From Eledone cirrhosa (lineage: Eukaryota): DNA of 64,000 nt. The notes under the pieces were generated by a model. The model worked only from the letters and a program-made list of their open reading frames with translations. It made no database searches and was not told the DNA's origin. The position numbers and the translations under genes are program-made. The stretch is from positions 7,626,001 to 7,690,000 of the forward strand of contig OZ024755.1 in NCBI GenBank assembly GCA_964016885.1, in the 5' to 3' direction. Each line of letters starts with the position of its first letter. Within the stretch, counting starts at the first letter, position 1. Positions 28,753-43,313 of the stretch are shown here, one piece after another.

Positions 28753-29327
28753 GTCTGTCTGTATATATGTCTGTCTGTATGCATATATGTGCTGAAAACT
28801 CTAGTATCTATCTAAATTACATCTGTTAGTAATTACATCTGTTAGTAGACCTTAACATTTATTTTCGTCCAAAGAGGCAGACAAGTCTACCAATCTTCAC
28901 AAAAATCATGTCCAGTTTTTATACGTTCTTCAGTGTATGTTGCTGGGATAGACTAGTAACAACATAGTCTAGTTAAATTCTTTCTTGTCTTGGAGCGTTG
29001 GAGTGACAGAATCGTTAAAAAAAAAAAAACCGTCGTATAAATACCTTAAGATAATTGTTCTGGCTTTTGTATGTTCTGAGTTCGAATTCAACCTAAGTTG
29101 ACTTCAATTCTCATCGTCAAAATATATTTATTCAGGTCATTTTAATCGATTTCGCCTTTCCTCTACAAGACCCATTCTTGTACATGTCTTAGAAATAAGT
29201 CACTGTTACAATTCAGTTTTCCAGATATGTGATCTGAAGCTCATGGAACTCACAGCCTTACGATCATAATCCCAGCAGTCTAATCACTAAATCTCGTGCA
29301 TTCACATATATAAAACATATATGTACG

Positions 29328-29414
<87 letters not shown>

Positions 29415-29523
29415 GTTTGCGTGTATGTGTGTGGGTGTTTGTATATATTTGTATTATTAAATGGTTAAAGCTCGACTCATCTAATTTAACAATGGTTTCA
29501 ACACTCTTTAATTAGTAACATCT

Positions 29524-29580
<57 letters not shown>

Positions 29581-30142
29581 GTGGAGGGGGGGGATGCCTT
29601 AGAAAGAGTGAAAAAGATAATGATAAATAGAGGTTCATTTCATTTCTTCTACTGCCAATCATTCACTCATTTTCTATTAGCGGTCTGATCATCTCAGAGT
29701 TAAAAAAACAACAAAACAAAACCCACCAAAAGAAACAAACAAAAATGGCGTCGGAAATTCTTACAAGAGATTTCCAATATTTGTCCAATAAATGTGTATT
29801 ACCTCACCTTACCATGACTCAGGCAGCCCAGCAAGAGCCATTTCTTTAAGTGTTTTATTGTTATACTATTTATTCGATATAGCTCAACCCAACCTTCTAT
29901 TAATCTACTACTTAAACATCTATTCATGGAATTATTTACTACAATATTTTTATACTATCATTTATAAAATACTTCCTTCACTTCCCTCTCCCCTTTCTAC
30001 TCCCTCTCTCTCTCTCTATATATATATATCCCTTTCTTTCTAACTATATAGATCTATCTTTACTTATATATCTATATGCAATTGTGTTTTCTGATATATA
30101 TATTTATCTCCCTCTCCTTTTCTATGTATCTATCTATTTAAT

Positions 30143-30226
<84 letters not shown>

Positions 30227-30309
30227 GTATATAAAATATATTATTTCTTCCCTCATGTTTCTCTGCATATACACACAAATAATCATGTATATATTGATAC
30301 CTGCCGACC

Positions 30310-30570
30310 CATGGAATGGACCTCCTTCGTCTTCGACGAAGATTCTTCAAGTTGTTACATTTACAGGAAACCTCGCTCATGTAAACGGATTAGCTTTCCA
30401 CTATCAATTGTACATTTCACGTAATTTTCAAGAAATATTGTTACAGTCCATTCGACGGGACTTTAAACAATTGTTTAAAGGGGTGTTGGTAGATAGCACT
30501 TGCCCAACATACCACAGAGTTGGTCTAACCTGGGTCCTTATATTTGCGAAGCGAGTACCTCAACCATCTA
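30310..30570 (-). mobile_element. Degenerate CORE-type SINE family B
   Basis: Reverse complement contains ttgggcaagtgct and ends cttcgtcgaagacgaaggaggtcca. Confidence 0.55.
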
Positions 30571-30609
30571 TTGACACAAACAAACACACACACACACGCA
30601 CATACATCC

Positions 30610-30653
<44 letters not shown>

Positions 30654-30679
30654 ACTTACATACACACACACATATATGA

Positions 30680-30726
<47 letters not shown>

Positions 30727-30798
30727 TATCCGTTTGGATCTAGCTGTCGAAACGGCCGGAGCTCAGCCGTCGGTGTACTGCCTCTTTTCTCATATATA

Positions 30799-30928
30799 TG
30801 TAATTGTTTCTACTTTTGGCACAAGGCCAGTAATTACCCATGTATATATATATATATATGTATATATTATATATACATATATATATACATGGGTAATTAC
30901 TGGCCTTGTGCCAAAAGTAGAAACAATT

Positions 30929-30931
<3 letters not shown>
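30799..30931. repeat. Inverted duplication of the SINE A 3' end around a (TA)n tract
   Basis: 44-nt arm at 30799-30842 exactly inverted at 30888-30931. Confidence 0.9.
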
Positions 30932-31682
<751 letters not shown>

Positions 31683-31711
31683 CAATAATAATAAATGTGA
31701 AGACTTTTTTT

Positions 31712-31785
31712 TTAGTTTCAGAAGATCCCGTTAAGGGTTAAAGCAGCGATTCTTTGCTTAAACTTTAATCTGTTATTTTAATAAA
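31712..31785 (+). mobile_element. Copy of the 7281 HHR-like repeat (GAAA changed to TAAA)
   Basis: ttagtttcagaagatcccgttaagggttaaagcagcgattctttgcttaaac. Confidence 0.75.
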
Positions 31786-32099
31786 TTAATATATATCTAC
31801 GTGTGTATATATATGTATATATATGTATATATATATATATACACAATTTTGCCCCAGTCTATGTAATGCAGAATGTTATTGTCTTTCAGGAGACGACTTT
31901 ATGTAAAAAAACAATCCTCTATAAAATGTGTTAGCATTCATCAAACATCAGTTATATGAAAAGTGAAACCACTTACAAATCTGCCAACACTTCTCCATAT
32001 TTTTTTCAATATTGTTTTTTTTTATAAGTAAAATTCATATATTTCTCTCACTCCTCTCCTCCCCTCTCTGTCTATGCGCAGTGTCACTCTGTCTCTCTC

Positions 32100-32149
32100 T
32101 CTGTATATATGTATATATATATATATAAATAAATACAAACATATTTATG

Positions 32150-32195
<46 letters not shown>

Positions 32196-32207
32196 AATAT
32201 ATTCATG

Positions 32208-32238
<31 letters not shown>

Positions 32239-32305
32239 ACACAAACATATTCATGTGTATATATACATATATATACATATATATATATATACAAACATAT
32301 TCATG

Positions 32306-32357
<52 letters not shown>

Positions 32358-32411
32358 AACATATTCATGTGTATATATACATATATATATATATACACAA
32401 ACATATTCATG

Positions 32412-32457
<46 letters not shown>

Positions 32458-32469
32458 AACATATTCATG

Positions 32470-32506
<37 letters not shown>

Positions 32507-32571
32507 AAACATATTCATGTGTATATATACATAAACATATTTATTTATGTATATATATATATACACAAACA

Positions 32572-32629
<58 letters not shown>

Positions 32630-32630
32630 C
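32100..32630. repeat. Minisatellite ACAAACATATTCATGTGTATATATAC+(TA)n
   Basis: About 8 units with variable TA spacers. Confidence 0.9.
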
Positions 32631-33016
32631 TGTTTTCTTTTCGATGTCTCAGTTCTGATAAATTGTAATCTAACCTTACATATCCACAATTCATTCAACC
32701 ATTTCAGTCTTTCCAGATTTTCCTTCCATTTGTTATTTATCGCTATTATTATTTACTGTGGATGTTGCCTTATTTTTTTCTTCATTTCCATTCTTCCATT
32801 TGCATTTTTTATTGTTTAGAGTTTTGTCATTTATCAATTAATATTGTTAAATATTCTTTGCTTTGGGGAGATGGCTGGACAATAAAGGATGGTTGTAGTT
32901 GGTTAAAATTGGGTAAAATGGTAAAACTGCTGCTCAAAACATTGAGCAATGGATGAAAATATGGGTACAGACATGGGTATTAATGTAGGCTAGTAGATGT
33001 TTTGGGAATGGGGAAA

Positions 33017-33165
33017 TAGGCCCAAATGCATTACTGGTACCTTTATTTTATCGACCCTGGAAGGATGAAAAGCAAAGCTAACCTCGGTGGAATTTGAACA
33101 CAGGACGTAAAAGACTGTAACTCTTCACACCATGTTGACCAAACGCTCTACTTGTTTGCTAATGT
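33017..33165 (-). mobile_element. SINE family A, diverged
   Basis: gcattactggtacc...tatcgaccctggaaggatgaaaagcaaag. Confidence 0.75.
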
Positions 33166-34087
33166 CTCGTACTTACCAGATCGATTCGAGAAAATGTGAT
33201 CAATTCGAGAAAATGTAATCTAAAAGACTTGTAAATACTATTGGTGTCAATATGAACTACAGAAACAGTCATTGCTTTGCTCCAGAATGACCGCAAACCA
33301 GTAAAAGAATAAAATACCAATGTGTATTATATTTTACCATATCAAGATTGAAATATGTAATGAAAGATGGATATTATGGCTGTACATAAATATGGCTATG
33401 TGTATTAAAAATATGCTATGTATCTTTAATAACTGAAATGTGTTGTGTGAGTGTGAATGCATAAAATGATATTGTTGATGTCGTTAAGAGGTTTTTAAGT
33501 ATGGCATATATAATAGCTGGTAGCCACTATCTATGGAAAATGTCACTGCTTCAGTGTATTGATATTAGCATGCTAAAAACATACTGTATGAAGTAGGTGG
33601 ATATTTAAAACAGAACTCTAGCTTAATATGCCTTCAGCATTCTTCTTCTTCTTCTTTTTCTACTTCTTCTTCTCAGCCTCCTCCTCCACCTTCTTCTTCT
33701 CGCTATCCTAACGATAATCCTGCTCTCTGATTGGCCAGCTTCTCATCTCAATGTCTCTAACGCATATATTCACTGCTTGGTCACTCTCTCAAACCTCTCG
33801 AGTATTGCAGTCGCTGACCTTGTGTCACGTGTGCTAATTACACCCGCAAACGGTTTCATGATATTAAACTACTTAAGCTTGTTGACCAGAGAGAACTAAG
33901 AGAGCAGTAGAACGTCAGTGACTAGCACCATCTTTCTCAACTTCAAATATGTGATAATTGATGCTCAGTCAACAACAAATTGAATGTCTCATAGGAGGAT
34001 CTAGTTTTGCTCATGAATCTAAATCCAACTAAATTATCATTTCCTTTCCTTTCTTTGGGGAGGGGGTTTCTACCTCATTTCTACTTC

Positions 34088-34130
<43 letters not shown>

Positions 34131-34620
34131 CGTAGAAGAGTATGTAGATATTTGTATTCATTGCCTGAAGTTATGGTCACCAAACGGACATCGACATTTT
34201 TAACCCGAGGCAATAACTGCCTTTAGACACCTAACAACGTTCCATATTTGCACTTAGGAAACAAGAAGGGAAGCGAACCACTTTTTCTTGCTTCAAACAC
34301 ATATCCGCAGGGGAAATTGAGAGAGGAATTGGAAGGAATATGGAATGTTATATTAAACCATGTCCATCTGCGTCTTATGTTCAATTAGCATCTTATCTGT
34401 GACACATACTTGTCTCTTCATTATGGAATTATGGAGAAATATTGTTACATTATTAATACATAAATATAGAGAAAATATCAATAACGATACAATTTCAAAT
34501 ACATTATCTGAAAATAGGTTAAAGTGATTTGAAGAAACGTTATAAACGTTATTTCAGTATCGGATGTATAGCTATCGAGAGTTGAAAGAAATATGATTTC
34601 AAAGCAAATATAATCCATCT

Positions 34621-34964
34621 CACAGGCTTCCACACAGATGCCGTCAACTTAATTTCCCCCACAATGCTTGAATCAACTCCAGGATACTTGCTCATAATAG
34701 TTGTTTCTACTTTTGGCACAAGGCAAGCAATTATCCCAATACATTACTGGTACTTTATTTTATCGACCCCGTAAATATGAAAGGCAAAGTTAATCTCGAC
34801 GGGATTTGAACTCAGACCGTATAGGGACGTAACTATGCTGGAAAGCATGGAGTCCGACCCTCTACCGATACTGCCAATTCACCGCCCTTGCTCATAATAG
34901 TGGAATCCAACTAGGAGCCTCAATATTTCAAAGTGAACTTCCTACCCGCTCAGCCATACCTGCG
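34621..34964 (-). mobile_element. Older CORE-type SINE (family C), interrupted by a family A copy
   Basis: cacaggcttccacacag...tacttgctc | insertion | ...gtggaatccaact...cagccatacctgcg; related remnant at about 53180-53340. Confidence 0.6.
34702..34886 (-). mobile_element. SINE family A (short variant)
   Basis: TSD cttgctcataatagt at 34687-34701 and 34887-34901. Confidence 0.92.
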
Positions 34965-35503
34965 GTCTTCTTTAGCACATATAACACCAATATAAACCTA
35001 ATCTAGGATGCTAGGAATAACAAATATTATATAAATCACCATATAAACTAGCCTCTTAGTAATACAATATCCATAATATATACACTCTACTATAGAATCG
35101 ACTGTCCACATTGGTGCCACCTCCAGTATATATATACAGATATAAATTTACCGTTTACTTCGGCTGCCTGGAACACTTCTTAATATATATCTCAATTAAA
35201 CTATACAAGCGCTAATTATATGCAAATTAGTATGACTAAGCCAGAATACTAATATGAGCAAATGGGTATATAAGCCCATCAAATACGTCTTTTCTTTTGG
35301 TTGTTTAGATTATATAGAAACCTTATGATGAAGACCCAACTATGTCCGAAAATGGATTAGATGTGTTTATCATATTTTCAATATACAGAGAAATTACTAT
35401 TCCTGGCATATGTACGTGTCTATAGATAAAAAATATTTATATACACATCGGCGCAGTCTCGGTTAAACCGATTCAGCTTTATCGTACACTTCGGCACTTT
35501 GAC

Positions 35504-35582
<79 letters not shown>

Positions 35583-36629
35583 TATATAGTATTGAACGAA
35601 TTTATAAGTATATGTGTTTGACCTCTCACGACTAATAATCCTGAATTACAGACAATACAATTGAGAATCATAATTTGCAGGAGACCTTATTCCAGGAATG
35701 GCTCCAAAAATATGTCTTGTGGGACATTGCGTTAAAGGAAAACTGTAAAAAAAAACAAAAAAAACATGAAGATTACAAATTGTCATGCTAGATAGATTTT
35801 AAATAAGGTCCCTGCAAAATAGTTATTACGCGGCTTGTTAGTCCCTCATGTACTTTTAACTTCTTCCTCTAACATAATGTAAAACGCTGAAAATATTTTC
35901 TATCAAGAAGATTGCTATATAGAGTTAGAATTGTTTTCAAGTATGTGGAAAAGTAAATACGAATGATAAAAAAAAAATACTGTCCGTACAATATGAAATT
36001 CTTACCGTACGGCCATCTTGAAATAATCAAATATTTAATTAAATAAGTAGAAATATACCACCTGAGAATTATTGGGAAATTTTACGAGGTAATGACATAT
36101 GCAAATATGATTATATTTGCATATATATATAAACCATACATACATTTTTTTGTATACATGTATATATATATTATATAGATTTTTATATACATACATATCA
36201 TATATATATATGTATATATATATATATGAGGGTAAGGTATGGAAATCATTTTCCTTCTGCTTTTGTTTATCTGGCATACGGCAGGTGTGGTTTTGAGTCC
36301 CATTGGCAAAGCTGTCCACGTTTTCCATCTCTAAATATATTCCCAACTTGCTAGACTATATATATATATATAAACATGTCAGTTCCTCTAATATTAGTAT
36401 ATTAGTCCTGTCATAATAATTTATAATTCATACATGTAATGAATAAAACTAAAAATTATGCATGATGGTAATTTGTTAATGTGTATACAAATATAATTAT
36501 ATAAAGGTAATGAAACGATAAAGCTAAAAAAAACTATGAAAAAAACATAAATGAAGTGGAGCTTGCAATTTTGGAAGGGAGGAGAAGACGAGAATGGCTT
36601 TCTCTTTTGGGGCGTTAACTAAGTGATAT

Positions 36630-36950
36630 ATTTGATCTGTGTGTGCAGCATATCCGTATGTTTAATGAGCTAGCTTCACAATCATGCATTCCAAAGTTCG
36701 ATCCTACCACCTTATTTACCATAGCTTAGGGTTAACACATGTCTTGTGAATGAGATTGGAGAGACAGAAACTGTTTGGAAACCCGTCACATGGTCTGTGT
36801 ATGTAAAACAATGGCCAGTCTTGAAACACACAGTGTCACACTGAATCTCCCTTAGAATTTCGGTAAGTGTAGCACTGTCTTTGCAATGTTCAGCCACTTA
36901 CAGGCTGTTCCGTTTATCGAAACTGCAGGAATATTTGTCCTGGAACCCAT
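36630..36950 (+). mobile_element. CORE-type SINE, B/C-like, degenerate
   Basis: B-box-like aagttcgatcct, then cacagtgtcacactgaatctcc...gttcagccactt.caggctgttccgtt. Confidence 0.55.
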
Positions 36951-37070
36951 CATGGATCAATTTCAATTGATGCGATTTGAAATCAGAACGTAAAGAACTT
37001 GAACACATATATTATTCCTGACGCTTTAACCACACAGATAATCCACTGCACTATAAGCTATCTAACAATA

Positions 37071-37257
37071 ATTGTTTCTACTTTTGACACAAGGCCAGCA
37101 ATTACCCAGTACATTACTGCTACTTTATTTTATCGACCCCGTAAGGATGAAAGGCAAAGTTAACCTCGACGGGATTTGAACTCAAACCGTAAAGAGACGT
37201 AACAATGTTGGAAAGTATGGCGTCCAACCCTCTAGCGATACTGCTAATTCACCGTCT
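37071..37257 (-). mobile_element. SINE family A (short variant)
   Basis: TSD gctatctaacaataat at 37057-37072 and 37263-37278. Confidence 0.92.
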
Positions 37258-38427
37258 TCTATGCTATCTAACAATAATGTACAACTGAAAACAAAAATAG
37301 CCGGCAAAATGGCTGAAATTTTAAAGTGTCTGGTGGTTATTTTTTTTTTCCGACTCTCTGCGCATCTGAGTTGAATTCCCATCTTCATTGCATATAAAAC
37401 AATATCTAATTAATATATAGCATACTAAATATGTAATAAGCATGTGTAATACATATTAACATGGTAGCTCAACTGAAATGAATCAAGGATTTAGTGGCGT
37501 CTATTTTCTGAACAGTAGGTATTGTAGAAAAAGTGTCTGCCATATATTTTTTGAAGCAATCTATGTCACAGATGCCTTCTATTGACTAAGTATGGTTACA
37601 TTCCATATGGATGATCTCAACAGAATTCCACACATACACATCAACACACACATGCATACATACATACACACACACAGACATACATATATATATGTATACA
37701 TTGCATCGATGTATCCAGAGAGTAATGTGCTTACAAGACACATATGTAAGTGTATAAATGTATATACATATACGCATTCCCCTATGAATAGTATATATGG
37801 CGGGGTGTATGTATATATGTATATTGTATGTGAAAAAAATGCACCAAAAAATATTCCTAGTTTATGGAAAAAATTATCCAAGTGACAAGAATTTAATTCT
37901 GGCATTATATTTCATCTACAACTATTTGGCTGGTCACAGCCAAATGTTCTTTGATAATCCGAATGATAATTCGTTTTGGTTGTGGAAAGAACGTTTCATA
38001 GCAAGCCTACAGTTCAACATACGCTAGGTTTATTTCTAAGGCACATGGTAAATTTAGCTGTTGTCTTGTGCACGCAGGATCAGAGAAGCGTGAACATTGA
38101 TTCGCCTCGATAATTCCTGGGAATGGCTGACACTGCAAAACGGCCGTCGGATCGATCCCCACAATCAGTAAAATAAACAACTTATTGAAACATATGCAGT
38201 AGAGTAGCTACAGTTCGTCACAGTCTATTGCACAAAATCAAAGGTAAATCTTAGCAGGATATTTACTATCTTTATATTTATAGTCAATAAATTCAATTAT
38301 GAATGTTTACAGCCAGTTTTTCAAACAATTTGTATTCAATATAAGACTTGCTTGGACGGCGTCCTCCTTTTGTTAAACTAATTAACAACACTACGCACAG
38401 GGTATATCATACACACACATATAGACT

Positions 38428-38485
<58 letters not shown>

Positions 38486-38540
38486 CTCATACATGAACAC
38501 ACATAAACAGATACACACGCATCAAAATATCTGCTTATAT

Positions 38541-38633
<93 letters not shown>

Positions 38634-39342
38634 CATATATATGTATGAATGTATGCATATGCATATGTGCTGGTGTGTGTATCTGTGCATATATATATAT
38701 ATGTATACACGTCTATGTGTATATGCATGGATATCTATTTATGCAGACAAACAGCCAAAGTTATGTTAATAATAACAATAATAACAATAATAGCAATATA
38801 TGACAGTGTTTGAGTCAGCAGCATAGAGAGATCGAGAAAGAGAGAGAGAGTAAGAGAGAGTAAGAGAGAGGGTGTAACAAAGAGAGAGAGGCTTTCTACA
38901 GTAATCATTTCCGCTCCCATGAACGAATATGTAGTTTTTCTATGTTCTTTACGAGATTTACTCTTCTGTTTCCAAAGCAGAACGCTACAGAATCAAGTCT
39001 GGTTGTTCTCAGAGTTAGTGAGAAAATTAAGTTATTTCACCCGACCTTTCCTTGTTAATGTATAACATATAAAACACCACGGATGAAAATGTTTGAACAG
39101 ATATCTGCATAAGCAAAACTTATCAATATGATGATGAGGTTTTTCCTCTTGTTTTTGTTTTCCTTCTGTTTAGTTGTTATTAATATTATTGTTTTCTACG
39201 ATTTGCTTGTTATAGTTTTTACTCAACCCGTTATTCGTTTTTTGTACACTTTGAAATCATATAATATGAACAAATAAGTATATATATATATATATGAATA
39301 AATAAGTATATATATATATATAATCATATATATATATCTATA

Positions 39343-39406
<64 letters not shown>

Positions 39407-39846
39407 TATACATATATATATATAATGTATAATTGTGTATATGTATATATATATATATATTTGTGTGTGAATGTAAATGTTTATTTTGTATTTTTTTTAT
39501 GAATCGTTGCGATAAAATAATTTCCCAAATTTCTATATCCGGTATCAACAAAAAATGTCGGCTACTAACACAATACCGGATGGTTCGTATCTCCATTTTG
39601 TTAATAATATTTATTTACTTTTCTTCGTCGCTCGTCGTTCGGATATTAAGCCATAGATATGTCTATCTCATATAGGGAGATATTCAAACTGTGCACATTC
39701 CATATCCTGCCAAAGCTACGGACTTGCGTGTGTATATATATATATATATATATACACCACGTATTTATACACATGCACTGACAAATATCTATCTATATAT
39801 ATATATATTTATTTATTCATTTATATATACATACTTATATGTATAC

Positions 39847-39898
<52 letters not shown>

Positions 39899-39973
39899 AA
39901 ACACTCTAATCCTGAGGGTATAAACAAGATAGACAAAAACATGTTTCTATCTAACTTGTCTTATATATAGATC

Positions 39974-40054
39974 TCCCCACCATGGTTTCATATGGGGAAG
40001 AATTATTATTGGAACAACCAATAATTGAAGAATCCGCTTCACTCTTCAGGAAAG
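39974..40054 (-). ncRNA. Degenerate hammerhead-like motif with long stem II
   Basis: Reverse complement: ctttc-CTGAAGA-...aattattgg/ccaataat...-GAAA-ccatgg-TG-ggga; the cleavage-site base is G (non-permissive). Confidence 0.45.
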
Positions 40055-40263
40055 TATAATTCTAATAACACGCGTAGTGTTCCGTTCTCAAACCTCTTAA
40101 GATATTATGACTTCTGGACAGGCTCATAATGTCGCTAGAAATAGCAGCCTATAGACCATCTGGTACAGCTCGATAAATTACGGAGCGGTTTAATATTAAT
40201 TAAAGGTTAATTAACATCTCAATGAACGAAACCTCTTAGAAAAGCAATATTATATATTAAAAT

Positions 40264-40481
40264 GGTTTCTGATCTAGGCACAAGGCCAGCAATTTTGTGG
40301 AGGAGGGGAAAGTCGATTAAATCGACCCCAATGCGTGACTGGTACTTTATTTTATCGACTCCGTAAGGATGAAAGGCAAAGTTAACCTCGGCGGGATTTT
40401 AACTCAGAACATAATAGGCCGTAATTCTATGCTGCAAAGCATGACATCCGACCCTCTACCGATGCTGCCAATCAACCGCCA
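40264..40481 (-). mobile_element. SINE family A (long variant)
   Basis: TSD aatattatatattaaaat at 40246-40263 and 40483-40500. Confidence 0.92.
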
Positions 40482-40732
40482 TAATATTATATATTAAAAT
40501 AAAATGAGAAAAAAAAATTCTAATTCTGGGAGTATAAACAAAAAATAATTTACAGCGGTGAGCAGGAAGGTCTGTCTTGCTGTAGTGTAATGCGATGTCA
40601 GAGTTTTGTTCGAGGGTCTCGGTGATAGGCTGGCATACTTTTGTCCTGTTCGAACCAATATATGCTGTTCTATGTGACGTAAGGTTTCAAATCGTAGCGA
40701 CATGCTACCAATTATAATTATCTCTAACTCAC

Positions 40733-40788
40733 GCAGCTCGTTTCCTCCTATTTTACTAAACTTAGTAAAATAGGAGGAAACGAGCTGC
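40733..40788. repeat. Perfect 56-bp palindrome
   Basis: gcagctcgtttcctcctattttactaa-ac-ttagtaaaataggaggaaacgagctgc, next to (TA)n. Confidence 0.9.
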
Positions 40789-40798
40789 CTGACACACA

Positions 40799-40848
<50 letters not shown>

Positions 40849-40893
40849 CTGTAATATATATATATATATATTACAGACACACACGCATATATA

Positions 40894-41013
<120 letters not shown>

Positions 41014-41015
41014 TC

Positions 41016-41046
<31 letters not shown>

Positions 41047-41066
41047 TTGTGTGTGTATATACATAC

Positions 41067-41106
<40 letters not shown>

Positions 41107-41173
41107 GTATGTATATACACATATTTATATATGAGTGTTTGCGTGTCTATGTATATGCACATATAAACAAACG

Positions 41174-41204
<31 letters not shown>

Positions 41205-41647
41205 TTATGTGTGCTTCTTTATATTTTCAGCATGCCATAACAATATCATCGCTATGACAACGATGCTGTCTTGGAAACATGGTTGCTATCATAAACATGT
41301 TTACTATTAGGAACGAAATATAATTAAATTATTTGTAGGACTGTGGCGATGTTGTACTCTGCGGAGGAACATACTATCAAGACGATGATATATCTGTAAA
41401 CCATTCCTGCTCACATAATTTAATATATTAATAAAAGAGTGAATATAGAGAGAAGTAATATCTATGGAATTGGTAGAAATGTAGAATTGGTCGGCGACAG
41501 CTTGATTTTCTCAGCCATATTTTATAGCAATATAGATCTATAACTTTATCACCTTTAGGTTGTACTCTCTCTCTCACTATATATATATATATCGTTCTCT
41601 CTTTCACTCTCCATCAGTCTCTTTCTCTCATATATATATTGTATATA

Positions 41648-42153
<506 letters not shown>

Positions 42154-42499
42154 CACCTCTTAGAACTTCTCGCCACGTCCGCTAATTCAATCACCAATTA
42201 TTTATCTTGTTGGCGCCTGAACGATGGCCGTTAATCTCTGCAAACTCTGAATAACAACGAATGAATGAACCGCCAGCTGTTATGAAATAGATGAAACTCT
42301 ATTCCATGTAATGAGTATTCATTCTTTGTCACAGACATATAGTAATATGCGATGGTTACATATTGCATATATAATACTATACTCTGAAAATGGCTCATTG
42401 GTGAGAGTTTAAGATATATATGATTTTATATATCATCGATATGAATTCTTATGTTTTAATCGCTTTAATAGGAAAGGGGCATCTCGGTCGCAAATAACC

Positions 42500-42902
42500 A
42501 TAGGTTATGACTGCATGACTGACTGACCGAGAGTTTGTCTGTCCCAGGTAATGTCTGGGCAGGGTGTTTGTGGAAATCCAGCAATCACCCATGCATGAAA
42601 CTCTCCCTCCTTTACGTCACTGATGTTGTACAGAGGAAAAGCAAAGATCGATACGGCTTGATACGAGTTTCGTCACAGCTCATGTAGATACTATATAGAC
42701 TATGTACATTGACTGTATATACACTACAAATGTTACCTAGAGGAAAGGGAAAAGTATCGTCGTAAACCTTTGTTTCAGATGAGTGGACTAAAGCAACATG
42801 AAATAAAGTCTTAAAGTATCTTGCTCAACAACACAACGTTCCAACCAGTCCAAGACTCAAACCCGTGATATTAACACTACAGTCACTAAGCCATGTGTCT
42901 TT
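42500..42902 (-). mobile_element. CORE-type SINE with LINE-like tail, degenerate
   Basis: gagtggact..agcaacatgaaataaag..tcttgctcaa..acacaac CORE-like segment and tRNA-head end cactaagccatgtgtctt. Confidence 0.6.
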
Positions 42903-42916
42903 ACAATAGCATTAAT

Positions 42917-43108
42917 AATTGTTTCTACATTTGGCACAAGGCCAGCAATTATCACAGTGTATTACTGGTACTTTATTTTATCGACCCCGTAAGGTTGAAA
43001 GGCAAAGTTAACCTCGGCGGGATTTGAACTCAAACCATAAAGGGCCGTAACACTTTGCTGCAAGGCATGGCGTCAGACTCTCTACCGATACTGCCAATCC
43101 ACCACCGT
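42917..43108 (-). mobile_element. SINE family A (short variant), tandem copy 1
   Basis: Family A body. Confidence 0.9.
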
Positions 43109-43125
43109 GCCAATCCAATGTATAT

Positions 43126-43313
43126 AATTGTTTCTACTTTTGACACAAGGCCAGCAATTACCCAGTACGTTACTGGTACTTTATTTTATCGACCCTGTAA
43201 AGATGAAAGGCAAAGTTAACCTCGGCGGGATTTGAACTCAGACCGTAAAGGGACGTAATTATGGTGGAAAGCATGGCGTCAGACCCTCTACAAATACTGC
43301 CAATCCAGCACCG
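43126..43313 (-). mobile_element. SINE family A (short variant), tandem copy 2
   Basis: Flanked by a 26-nt direct repeat at 43103-43128 and 43309-43334. Confidence 0.9.

Noticed and set aside
30084-30743. 219-aa ORF with a complex-looking middle
   Set aside because: The middle is the antisense strand of a decayed family B SINE and the ends are microsatellites
33640-33870. CCAAT box and E-box cluster, or an RTE 3' end with a (GAA)n tail on the minus strand
   Set aside because: Cannot discriminate between the two; no TSS or ORF evidence
35320-35365. ATGATGA-gac..gtc-cGAAA-atggat-TA HHR-like motif
   Set aside because: Core substitution plus a poor stem I; too degenerate to list as a feature
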